Below, piece after piece: positions 1 to 8,191 of a DNA stretch of 64,000 nucleotides. A program made the position numbers and the translations under genes. How positions within the stretch are numbered: the first letter of the stretch is position 1; each line of letters opens with the position of its first letter. The DNA comes from Gammaproteobacteria bacterium (GTDB lineage Bacteria; Pseudomonadota; Gammaproteobacteria; JBCCGL01), in assembly GCA_965277715.1 (NCBI GenBank), contig OZ255836.1, forward strand, positions 3,904,001 to 3,968,000, given 5' to 3'. The notes under the pieces are model-generated. The model did not search any database and was not told where the DNA came from. It was given only the letters and a program-made list of their open reading frames with translations.

Positions 1-37
1 AGTAAAAGAAAATGAATGAAGTAAGATTCAAGTACGC

Positions 38-109
38 ATCTAACAAGCGCATGCAGCCGGACTTCGGCAAACTGACGCTTGCCTCAGCCGCTGATGCGGG
101 GCGTTAGCA
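38..109 (+). other. attC site
   Basis: ATCTAAC...GCGTTAGCA with imperfect inverted arms (CGCATGCAGC/GCTGATGCG, extrahelical G). Confidence 0.9.
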
Positions 110-114
110 ATCTT

Positions 115-591
115 ATGAATCGACGCAAGCTATTAGCAACATTAACTGGTTTAACTTTGATTGGTGGCCTTATTTTGGCGGCAACCCCGTTCGTGGGTTC
201 TCTGAGTCCAAATAAAGTTGCAAAAAGTAACGCAAAAGTAAGGGTGAAAATTACTGACATCCCTGAAATTGGTGCTTTCGAAGTTGATTACCGGTGGTAC
301 AAGGCTTTAGTCGTAAAAAAACCGGAAATGGCAGTCTTCCTAATGCCATATTACGACAACGCATACCGCTTGCCTGATCCAACATGGGAAAGGCCGTTTG
401 TTCCGTGCCATAACTTCATTACCGATGAGAAAGGTTTTTCCTGCAAAGATCCAAGTTTGCATGAAAGCTGGAATGCGCAAGCAACATGGGATTTCACGGG
501 CAAAACTAAAGGAACCTGGATGCCAAACCTGCGACAAGCTAAATTTATAATAGAAGGTAAGCATCTTGTTCTTAGCCCGGAGTACAACTAA
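115..591 (+). CDS. Cassette protein; Tat-type N-terminus, Rieske ISP (PetA)-like but without Fe-S boxes
   Basis: ATG 115 just after attC; NRRKLL plus hydrophobic helix plus PFVGSLSP; only two Cys, no CxH/CxxH boxes. Confidence 0.6.
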   Translation: MNRRKLLATLTGLTLIGGLILAATPFVGSLSPNKVAKSNAKVRVKITDIPEIGAFEVDYRWYKALVVKKPEMAVFLMPYYDNAYRLPDPTWERPFVPCHNFITDEKGFSCKDPSLHESWNAQATWDFTGKTKGTWMPNLRQAKFIIEGKHLVLSPEYN

Positions 592-592
592 T

Positions 593-703
593 TGCTAACA
601 AAGCAGTCAAATTGACAGCTTTTCCGTCACTTGTTTATGTGGCGGTCGCTACGCTGCCACAACACAATCAACTACAAAGCTGCAATTTACTGCGGCGTTA
701 GGC
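593..703 (+). other. attC site
   Basis: TGCTAAC...GCGTTAGGC; arms GCAGTCAAATTGACAGCTTT/AAAGCTGCAATTTACTGC. Confidence 0.92.
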
Positions 704-713
704 ATAAAGACTG

Positions 714-1091
714 ATGGGACTATTCAACAAAAAAAATCCTGAAACAGATTGGGATCTAGAACATCTTACTGATCAACAACTACATGATCTTCCGCTGTTC
801 GAACTTCAGAGGATCCGAAACAAGCGATGGGCGCATGGCCTTGATGAGTTGCAGAAAAGAGCAGAGGACGAGTTAAAGCGCAGAGACCCACGAGAAAACT
901 GGGAATGCCTTAGATGTGGCAATAAAGCATACCACCAAAAAGAAATACGTGTATCCGGTGGTTTAACATCGTCATGGCTGAACCTTGAAACAGAAAAATA
1001 TCACGCGCTAATCTGTAATTATTGCGGAAAAACAGAATTTTATAGTGTGCTAAGAGGCGGTTCTTTAACATTAGACTTTTTGGGGGGTTAA
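714..1091 (+). CDS. Cassette protein with C-terminal zinc ribbon (COG3478-like)
   Basis: CLRCG...ICNYCGKTEFY pattern. Confidence 0.75.
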   Translation: MGLFNKKNPETDWDLEHLTDQQLHDLPLFELQRIRNKRWAHGLDELQKRAEDELKRRDPRENWECLRCGNKAYHQKEIRVSGGLTSSWLNLETEKYHALICNYCGKTEFYSVLRGGSLTLDFLGG

Positions 1092-1092
1092 T

Positions 1093-1164
1093 GCCTAACA
1101 AAGCAAATCACCTGGATAAAATTTCCGCTGCGCTCCAATTTTCCCAATGTTTGCGGCGTTAGGA
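1093..1164 (+). other. attC site
   Basis: GCCTAAC...GCGTTAGGA with inverted arms. Confidence 0.9.
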
Positions 1165-1183
1165 CTTAAGGAGAAATCAACAG

Positions 1184-1229
1184 ATGACGGATGATTCAAT
1201 AAATAGCATTGATCAAGCAATTGAAAAAC
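1184..1229 (+). pseudogene. 5' stub of a cassette gene, truncated by a RAYT-element end
   Basis: AAGGAG SD plus ATG 1184 (MTDDSINSIDQAIEK), then abrupt switch to the 250-bp repeat. Confidence 0.65.
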
Positions 1230-1479
1230 GGATAATAGGACAGGCACTATATAGATAAGTGCAAAGATACCCCGAAAATCGAAAACGGTACCCAGGATAG
1301 CCAAACCTGTGTTTTTTCACCTATTTGAAAGATATTCGGTGTAATGATCTAACTATTGAGCCTTGTTTTAATGAAAAACATTTTTTCAGGCAAAACAAAA
1401 ATAACCCATTATTAGTGAGTTGGGAAAATCCAGAAAATTGGAAGAGTAAAGCGGTTGAATGACTATCCGGTATCAGCAG
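1230..1479 (-). repeat. 250-bp copy of the downstream end of the RAYT-like element
   Basis: Near-identical to 3201-3450 (about 4 transitions); includes the last codons of the transposase (ADTG*). Confidence 0.92.
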
Positions 1480-1713
1480 GGATCATTCAGGACAGGCACT
1501 GATGGACGTAAATAGACTGCAAAAAGGGCGGTTTGTACACGTATAAATTCTTGTAAAGCGGAGAGTGCTATATGACAATCTAAAGCCGAAGATTTAGGGA
1601 GTCGTTCCAGCACTTTTTTGTCTGTTATTTGCGATTTTTGTAGGTTTTTGTCATGTTAATCAATATTTTAGTCTGTTTTTATGAACTCAGTCTCCCGAAA
1701 TTATCGCGATTCC

Positions 1714-1762
1714 ACATAATATTGTTATCGAGGATTCGTTCCTTGATAATAGGCTGTTATGT
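1714..1762 (+). other. Atypically short attC-like site (49 bp)
   Basis: ACATAAT...GTTATGT; arms TTATCGAGGA/TCCTTGATAA; GTTATGTGA is complementary to TCACATAAC at 2509. Confidence 0.6.
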
Positions 1763-1790
1763 GAAATTCAAATAGATGGAGTCATAAATT

Positions 1791-2516
1791 TTGACAGAAG
1801 ATGAACTTAAATCTCTGATTTATCTATCCAGCATCCCTATCAAGAGTATTGGGTATGACAAGATGCCTACTGGAATTGCATCATCTTGCATAATTGAATA
1901 TTCGAACAAGCACATTCTTCTAACAGTTCAACATGCAACTGGAGATATGAAAAATTGGTGCCTTGAGCTTAAATATGAAAAAGGAAAGGGAGTTCAAGTA
2001 AAGCCATTGGGAGCAATGAACTTCCTTTCATCTATTAACGTACAAAACGGTGAGTCTAAAGATATTGACTTTTCATATGTTGAAATTGACAAGGCACTAA
2101 TACCCTACTGGCAAGAAATTGATCCAAAGTCTGGCGATGTACTAAACGAAGCTCCGAGGTTAATGAGTAATATTGACTTCGACTTACTGCCCACTGAAGG
2201 TGAATTTTACGGGTTTTCAGGCCAAGTTATGCCTGAGTGTGTTGGCAATGCACTTTATACAGAGTATAAAATATACACCGGATTGAAATACGTTGGAGAT
2301 GAAGGGGAATATTATAAATTTGAACTTCCTGATGCACACCCAGGGCATGAGCACTTCAAAGGATGCAGCGGTGGCCCAATAATTGATACTCAAGGGCGAG
2401 TAGTTGCATTGGTTTGTAAGGGAGATATAGCTAGTAATATTGTGTATGGCATCTCTTTAAAACGCTATGAAATTGTACTTAATGTGACTTATGGCGAATT
2501 ATCAGAGATCACATAA
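1791..2516 (+). CDS. Cassette: trypsin-like serine protease
   Basis: Triad motifs LTVQHA, DFSY, GCSGGP; stop lies in the attC core. Confidence 0.8.
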   Translation: MTEDELKSLIYLSSIPIKSIGYDKMPTGIASSCIIEYSNKHILLTVQHATGDMKNWCLELKYEKGKGVQVKPLGAMNFLSSINVQNGESKDIDFSYVEIDKALIPYWQEIDPKSGDVLNEAPRLMSNIDFDLLPTEGEFYGFSGQVMPECVGNALYTEYKIYTGLKYVGDEGEYYKFELPDAHPGHEHFKGCSGGPIIDTQGRVVALVCKGDIASNIVYGISLKRYEIVLNVTYGELSEIT

Positions 2517-2614
2517 CAAGCGCCTGCAATCTGACCTCCGGCCACTGTCACCTTTTGTGCAAAAACCGCACAAAAGGCGCCAGTAACCTCCGGCAGTTGA
2601 GGCGGGCGTTATAT
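2511..2614 (+). other. attC site
   Basis: ACATAAC...GCGTTATAT; central hairpin TTTTGTGC/GCACAAAA. Confidence 0.92.
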
Positions 2615-2663
2615 TCGATATGGAATGCCACCAAAGTAGTCTCCGACGGCACTAAGGCTTAGT

Positions 2664-2990
2664 TCATTTGCTTACGTTAGAACCCATTGATTTATCGGTA
2701 ATTGTTTTTACAACATAAGTATAGGGGCCGTTAATTGGTTTTTCTGCAATCCATGCACAATACCATCCTGTGCCCCAATTCAGGCCAGTATTCCAGGTGT
2801 TGTTTGATGAGCTAGTATCCCAACACCAAGCTTTGGTTTCGTTTTGTGGGTTTGACGGGAAATCACTTTCATTGTAAACACGTAATTGGCCTTGCTGAGC
2901 TCTAAAGGGCGAGTTAGTGTCCCATTTAAGCCAAAGATTGCCTTGATCTTCATATGCTTCCAATGTCCAAGAAAATTTGTTAGTTGCCAT
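2664..2990 (-). CDS. Inverted cassette gene; Trp-rich 108-aa hypothetical protein
   Basis: GGAG SD upstream on the - strand; lies between GTTATAT 2608 and ATATAGC 3131. Confidence 0.75.
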   Translation of the reverse strand: MATNKFSWTLEAYEDQGNLWLKWDTNSPFRAQQGQLRVYNESDFPSNPQNETKAWCWDTSSSNNTWNTGLNWGTGWYCAWIAEKPINGPYTYVVKTITDKSMGSNVSK

Positions 2991-3130
2991 TGTTATTTCT
3001 CCAATTTCGTAAATAAAAAATGTGTGTGTTTAGCCTATAACAAAATGCTTTTGCTACAGAACAAATTGAATTATAAAGCGATTACCCCGTTGAAGATATT
3101 ACATGGCATTACACCTTAATCTTGCTTCCA

Positions 3131-3197
3131 ATATAGCAATCGGCTGCTGTCGGACTATCAAAAGTTCCGGCTTCGCCTCCACTTTTTCCAGCCGCAG
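3131..3197 (+). other. attC truncated by the RAYT-like element
   Basis: ATATAGC (degenerate core) AATCGGCTGCTGTCGGAC...CCGCAG, then element sequence instead of the R' end. Confidence 0.7.
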
Positions 3198-3208
3198 CAG
3201 GGATAATA

Positions 3209-4476
3209 GGACAGGCACTATATAGATAAGTGTAAAGATACTCCGAAAATCGAAAACGGTACCCAGGATAGCCAAACCTGTGTTTTTTCACCTATTTGAA
3301 AGATATTCGGTGTAATGATCTAACTATTGAGCCTTGTTTTAGTGAAAAACATTTTTTCAGGCAAAACAAAAATAACCCATTATTAGTGAGTTGAGAAAAT
3401 CCAGAAAATTGGAAGAGTAAAGCGGTTGAATGACTATCCGGTATCAGCAGCAATTACCCTGTGAGATAATGCCTTCCAATAACGTGATTCAAAGTGTTGG
3501 GTGTTGTTTAACCAGTTCTCTTTGTCAATGTTGAGTCGTTGCAATATTGGCGGCAGGTCTTGAGCAATATACCCCCGCTTGTCTTGCCGAATGGCTCTGC
3601 CCGTCCAGTCAACCAAAGTCAGATAGTCAGTAAAATTTAGCGGGATGCCGGTAGATGTGTCGTTAATGGTCTCGGAGAAATGCAGAAGTGGTTTTAATGG
3701 GGCATTGAACTGCTGTAGTTCTTCACCAGTGATTTGTTGTTGGACAGCCTGTCTGAGATTGAACTGGGGAGTGATACGCTCCTGAATACTGGTGTAATCG
3801 GCATTCTCGGGTTTGTCGGCGATACCAGCACGGACAGGGTTGAGGTCAACATAGACCATATTGGCCAATAAGGCTTCATCAGAGCGCAGTGCCTGTGATT
3901 TAAATCGGGCCTCCCAGAAATGGCCAGTGCACTCGTCTTCTTTGTTGGCCCGCCGGGCAATGGGTTCGTTAAGGCACTTCATAAACCAGCTTAAGCTGCT
4001 CAGACGTTGGCGCCAGGCGGTGACAATATCGCCAACGGCGTGATATTCAACGGTACTGAGGGTTTCCCCCGCCTGCATTTTTTGCACCAACAGGGAGCCT
4101 TTGTGCAGGCTTAACCAGCGGTTGATAACTTCCTGGTCAGTTAGTGTATCGATTTGTTCTGGGTTGAGTTTAACGGTGAGGTGGTAATGATTGCTCATGA
4201 TGGCGTAGGCGCACAGGTCAACGGCAAAGAGCGATGAGAGCAGCCGGATGCGGTCGACAATCCATTGCCGACGATGCTCATAGTCGCGTTGGGTCAGTGG
4301 ATCCAGTCCGCAGAGAAAGGTGCGCCGTACACAGCGCGATACGATGTGGTAGTAGGGGGTGTCTGATAGTGAGATTTGGTCTTTGCGGGGGCGGGTCATG
4401 GTCAGTTCCTTTAACGTTGGCTGGACGCCATCCTAAAAGAGAGTAAGGCTATCTGTCAATTATTTGATGCCTGTCC
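3209..4476 (-). mobile_element. RAYT-like Y1 transposase element with 9-bp inverted ends GGACAGGCA
   Basis: GGACAGGCA 3209-3217 and TGCCTGTCC 4468-4476 flank the transposase. Confidence 0.7.
3434..4399 (-). CDS. REP-associated tyrosine transposase-like (HUH/Y1) protein
   Basis: YYHIVSRCVRR, MSNHYHL (HUH), GHFWEARFKS, YVDLNPVRAG. Confidence 0.92.
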   Translation of the reverse strand: MTRPRKDQISLSDTPYYHIVSRCVRRTFLCGLDPLTQRDYEHRRQWIVDRIRLLSSLFAVDLCAYAIMSNHYHLTVKLNPEQIDTLTDQEVINRWLSLHKGSLLVQKMQAGETLSTVEYHAVGDIVTAWRQRLSSLSWFMKCLNEPIARRANKEDECTGHFWEARFKSQALRSDEALLANMVYVDLNPVRAGIADKPENADYTSIQERITPQFNLRQAVQQQITGEELQQFNAPLKPLLHFSETINDTSTGIPLNFTDYLTLVDWTGRAIRQDKRGYIAQDLPPILQRLNIDKENWLNNTQHFESRYWKALSHRVIAADTG

Positions 4477-4871
4477 CAGAAGCTCCAGAAGCTTTGAGTC
4501 ACTCAAGCATGATCAGTTATTGACAGCCCGAGCTTGGGCGATAAAAGAACTGTTTCGTGATTTTTGGACGTATAAGACAGCGGGTTGGGCAAAGCGTTTC
4601 TTTAGCGCATGGTATGCGTGGGCAATTCGGTGCCGATTGGACAGCATAAAGAAAGTGGCCAAGATGATAAAAACGCACATGCCGAACATATTGACATGGT
4701 TTAAGCACACAATAAGTAATGCCGTGTCAGAGGGTTTGAATTCAAAAATTCAGACGGTCAAATCGAATGCAAGAGGGTTTCGTTCGTTTGAAAGCTACCG
4801 GCGGAGTATTTTGTTTTACTGCGGAAAGCTGGATATGGAACCAGTGGCTTCACAATAATCGGGGAAGAACC
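4477..4871 (+). mobile_element. ISL3-family remnant (transposase C-terminus 4520-4858 plus right end)
   Basis: SNAVSEGLNSKIQTVKSNARGFRSF motif; terminal GAAGAACC 4864-4871. Confidence 0.88.
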
Positions 4872-4903
4872 CATAATTTGGGCAGGTTACAGCGACGTTA
4901 GCA
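4872..4903 (+). other. Right half of an attC interrupted by ISL3
   Basis: GCAGGTTACAGCGACGTTAGCA; GTTAGCAC is complementary to GTGCTAAC at 5280. Confidence 0.75.
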
Positions 4904-4923
4904 CAAATCAAATCGGAGTATTT

Positions 4924-5280
4924 ATGAAGAGCACCCTAATTTTATTAATATCTTTGTTTTTACCTTTGAATGTCATCGCCGAATGTCTTTTCCTTGAAAA
5001 TCAAACAGAAATCAAAGAAGTTTCAGCACTTAGAAATCAAGCAAATCTTGTCTTCGATGCAGAGGGAGAAAACTGTGAATCTATCACGGACAGAGATACA
5101 CGTAGTTCTTGTCAATGTAAGTATCGAAAAGAACCCTTAATCAAATTCAAAAAGCAATATGATGAGGTTCTTAGTAAAAAGCCAGAATATAGCGAAAGAA
5201 TGGTATGTTATGCTGATAATAACGGAGGAATTTCAGTGAACTTTATTGCTTACAAGCACATGGTTACCTGGTGTATTTAG
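4924..5280 (+). CDS. Cassette: secreted Cys-rich hypothetical protein
   Basis: GGAG SD, signal peptide MKSTLILL...VIA, six Cys. Confidence 0.8.
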   Translation: MKSTLILLISLFLPLNVIAECLFLENQTEIKEVSALRNQANLVFDAEGENCESITDRDTRSSCQCKYRKEPLIKFKKQYDEVLSKKPEYSERMVCYADNNGGISVNFIAYKHMVTWCI

Positions 5281-5384
5281 TGCTAACAAGTCAATCAACT
5301 ACACGCCTTTCAATTAAGTGGCGAGCGATGAGCAGAGAGGGATATCGTTGCATTGCCCTATCCGAAATCAATCGACTCGACTGG
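5281..5384 (+). other. Left half of an attC fused to the 3' remnant of a deleted cassette
   Basis: TGCTAACAAGTCAATCAACTACACGCCTT has no right arm; about 75 bp later a new GCCTAAC core has no matching GTTAGGC. Confidence 0.65.
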
Positions 5385-5510
5385 GCCTAACAATGAGCTG
5401 CAGCGGACGGCTAACCCTTTGTTTGATTTAAGTCTAGTAGTCAATTTTAAATGCTGTGGTATGGTTTGAGTCTCTGGAAGGATTAGCCGCCGCTGAGCTG
5501 GGCGTTAGCT
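5385..5510 (+). other. attC site
   Basis: GCCTAAC...GCGTTAGCT; arms AGCTGCAGCGGACGGCTAA/TTAGCCGCCGCTGAGCT. Confidence 0.92.
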
Positions 5511-5653
5511 TCCAATTTTGGCACCTGTATTATTTTGTATAACTCCCTGTAATATCGTGTAATGTTCTTTTGGTTAATTTTTGCTAGCTTTAATTTACTG
5601 TCTTCTTGGCAGTAATATTTTAGTTAACTTACAGAATATTATTGGAGGCAAGC

Positions 5654-6304
5654 GTGAATAAAGTATTTGATAAAGTAAAAAACACCACAACATTTATTGT
5701 TAATAATAGAGAACTAAAAATCCCAGGGGTGGGAAATGCAAATCAAGGCCGTCTGACCTCGAAGGTGACCCATGATTTTCCATTTAGCATTGAGCTTCTT
5801 GCGCCAATGATGATAGTTGGGTATCCGACTTACAGTGAATACAAAGATGGCGCTTGTGATCTTTTTAAGCCGTCCACATTACTTGGTGGTTACAAATATC
5901 AACGAAGTTACAGATTTTCAAACGGGGCTACATTTTCAAGCTTCCACAATATCAACTTTGATACGGAAAAAAACTCTTTAGCAGGGAATTTTAGCACAAA
6001 GAATTTCCCGGAAGATGCCCTTAAAGGCGACTGGAGTGTTTGTGATTTTATTGAGACATTCATTCCTCATGCTCCAGGCATTATTAAGAGTATTATGGCA
6101 GTACAGTGGAAAGATGGAGATAAGACTCTGCAAGCAATAATTGAATCGGAATATTACTTCAATCATAATAAGGAGCTTCCTTGCCTCCATTGGCGGCATG
6201 TTAAATTTGCTAACGAACACGATGGTAAAAACTATACTCAGTCGGAAAAGCTAACGGTTTTTAATAACCTTGAATTTGGTGAGCCAACAAACCAGTTTAA
6301 ATAA
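5654..6304 (+). CDS. Cassette: GFP-like beta-barrel protein with a non-canonical Ile-Val-Gly triad
   Basis: GGAGG SD plus GTG 5654; motifs collinear with copepod/amphioxus GFPs as recalled from memory (QGRLTSK, FSxxLL, GGYxxxR, FPED, C-terminal E). Confidence 0.72.
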   Translation: MNKVFDKVKNTTTFIVNNRELKIPGVGNANQGRLTSKVTHDFPFSIELLAPMMIVGYPTYSEYKDGACDLFKPSTLLGGYKYQRSYRFSNGATFSSFHNINFDTEKNSLAGNFSTKNFPEDALKGDWSVCDFIETFIPHAPGIIKSIMAVQWKDGDKTLQAIIESEYYFNHNKELPCLHWRHVKFANEHDGKNYTQSEKLTVFNNLEFGEPTNQFK

Positions 6305-6330
6305 GCTAACAATACGCTCTACCCGACGCC
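6304..6330 (+). other. Left half of an attC; right arm lost
   Basis: AGCTAACAATACGCTCTACCCGACGCC with no complementary arm or GTT downstream. Confidence 0.6.
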
Positions 6331-6454
6331 AAATGTTTTTTTACAGGCCAATAATAATTAATTTTCATATGGTGCGCTAGCTTGCCTATGTTTTTCTGCG
6401 AAAGCACCAATACCTCGTGAGCTGTAAACTACAGATAAATATAGGATCAAACAC

Positions 6455-7774
6455 ATGCTGAACAAATCAATAATACCTGCATTAGCTACCTTTTTTTTGT
6501 GCCTGACAATGAAGCTGGCGTACGCGAGCGAAGAAGTGAGAATTCTGGGTTTTGGCGGAACATTCGCTGGCGAAGCAGAGGGGGCTTATATACCAAAGTA
6601 CAAGGCAGCAGAGCGTTGTCTAGTGGAAGGTAATGGGGTGGATTATCCACAACCAATAATTACGCTACTCAAGACAGCTATAAATGATGAACGGGTGCTG
6701 AAGTGCGATCCTTCTCAAGATTCATCAGCAGGGATTGCGCTTGAAAAAGGGTCAAACAAAAACAGCACATGCGGCAATAAAACACAAAAGTGTACACTCA
6801 CCATACCAAAAAGGAATGGTGCAGATGACACCAAGGCTGTCAAACTAGTCTTCGATGATGTCGACAGGCTCGATAGTGCAAAAATGACACCCAAAGACTG
6901 GTTGATGGTAGGTAAAAAGACCATAGAAGCCCAAAAAAACTCGACTACCAAAGGTGTCGTGATCACTCACGGCACTGACACCATGGAGGAAACAGCCTAT
7001 ATACTAAGTCTGCTTTCAGAGATAAAAAAGCCTGTAGTACTGGTCGGATCAATGAGGGCGCCGAACCATTTAAGCGCTGATGGGTTAATGAATCTACTCA
7101 ATGGCGCAGCCACAGCGGGTGACAACAAGGCAAGCAGCATAATGCTGGTGATGAACGAGAGAATCTACGGTGCTCGGGATGTAACAAAGACCAACACCAC
7201 AAACGTAGGAACGTTCGAATCAAGAAATACAGGGCAACTGGGAACGGTATATTTTGGTGATGCTCGTTTCTACAATGAAGCCATTGATCGTAAGAGTATA
7301 ATGTGCGACGAAAGAGGGCAGCCACAATGCTTATCTATATCCCACTTGAAGTCCTTAAGTAATGAGGAAAGTAAATCCATACCTATCATATACGAGCAAG
7401 CGGGCGGAACCAATGGCCTGATAACCGCAGCAACAAGCGAAGGAGTAGAGGGCATTGTTATTGCGTCAACAGGCAATGGCGGAACGACACAAACAACGGA
7501 TGAAGAACTGAGTAAGGTTAGAACACCGGTATACGTTGCAGTGAGTTCACGCACAGGGAGTGGTAGAACCACTAATGTACCATGCATCAAGAAAACCGAT
7601 CAAACCACCGACTGTGATCCCGGTGACCCAAATCCCAATGTGAAAATATTTACTGCAGACAACCTGAACCCGCAGAAGGCAAGGATACTGCTTATGATGG
7701 CCTTGGCTGCAACTGAGGGAGAAAGCGTTGACGCGAGAATGGAAAAAATTATGACGTATTTTAGCATCTATTAA
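6455..7774 (+). CDS. Secreted type II L-asparaginase/glutaminase-asparaginase with Cys-rich inserts
   Basis: Signal peptide; GGTFAG, HGTDTMEETA, VLVGSMR, VTKTNT, LNPQKARILL. Confidence 0.88.
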   Translation: MLNKSIIPALATFFLCLTMKLAYASEEVRILGFGGTFAGEAEGAYIPKYKAAERCLVEGNGVDYPQPIITLLKTAINDERVLKCDPSQDSSAGIALEKGSNKNSTCGNKTQKCTLTIPKRNGADDTKAVKLVFDDVDRLDSAKMTPKDWLMVGKKTIEAQKNSTTKGVVITHGTDTMEETAYILSLLSEIKKPVVLVGSMRAPNHLSADGLMNLLNGAATAGDNKASSIMLVMNERIYGARDVTKTNTTNVGTFESRNTGQLGTVYFGDARFYNEAIDRKSIMCDERGQPQCLSISHLKSLSNEESKSIPIIYEQAGGTNGLITAATSEGVEGIVIASTGNGGTTQTTDEELSKVRTPVYVAVSSRTGSGRTTNVPCIKKTDQTTDCDPGDPNPNVKIFTADNLNPQKARILLMMALAATEGESVDARMEKIMTYFSIY

Positions 7775-8041
7775 TCCACGTCCAGTCGGACGGGTGTTGA
7801 AAATTAACTGCCTGAAGTTAATTTGTTAAATTAAATTTGACTATGTGCTACGACTATGGGTTTCCTGGAGAGTTCAAGCTTAAAGAGAGTGGGCAATCAG
7901 AAGCCGTAGGCTTTTTCTTGAGAGCATTTGAAACTCAAAAATACGACCTAAATAGCCTTGTGCCAAGTATTGGGGAGGCCCAAAGTCCAAGAGGGATTTT
8001 ATAAGGTTTTAAAGACGGGTGTTAATGAGCTGCTAGGTGAT

Positions 8042-8155
8042 GCATAACAAAAAGCTGCACCTGACAATTTTTGCTACGCTCAATTGTGTATGTCGCGTGG
8101 CTCCATTTTACACAATTTCTCTCCGCAAAAATTACAGGTGAGCTTGGCGTTATGC
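8042..8155 (+). other. attC site
   Basis: GCATAAC...GCGTTATGC; arms AAGCTGCACCTG/CAGGTGAGCTT. Confidence 0.92.
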
Positions 8156-8191
8156 GTCAAAACGAAAAAACCAGCTAAAGGCTAATAATCT

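Noticed and set aside
79-114. N-terminal extension of the first cassette ORF
   Set aside because: Lies inside attC; ATG 115 gives a proper twin-Arg N-terminus
1230-3450. 250-bp repeat pair as DGR template/variable repeats
   Set aside because: Differences are mixed transitions, not adenine-specific; mostly non-coding; no reverse transcriptase in the window
5816-5827. Alternative chromophore register Gly-Tyr-Pro in the GFP-like protein
   Set aside because: Cyclisation needs Gly in the third position, and spacing to the Arg fixes the triad as I-V-G, so canonical green fluorescence is not claimed
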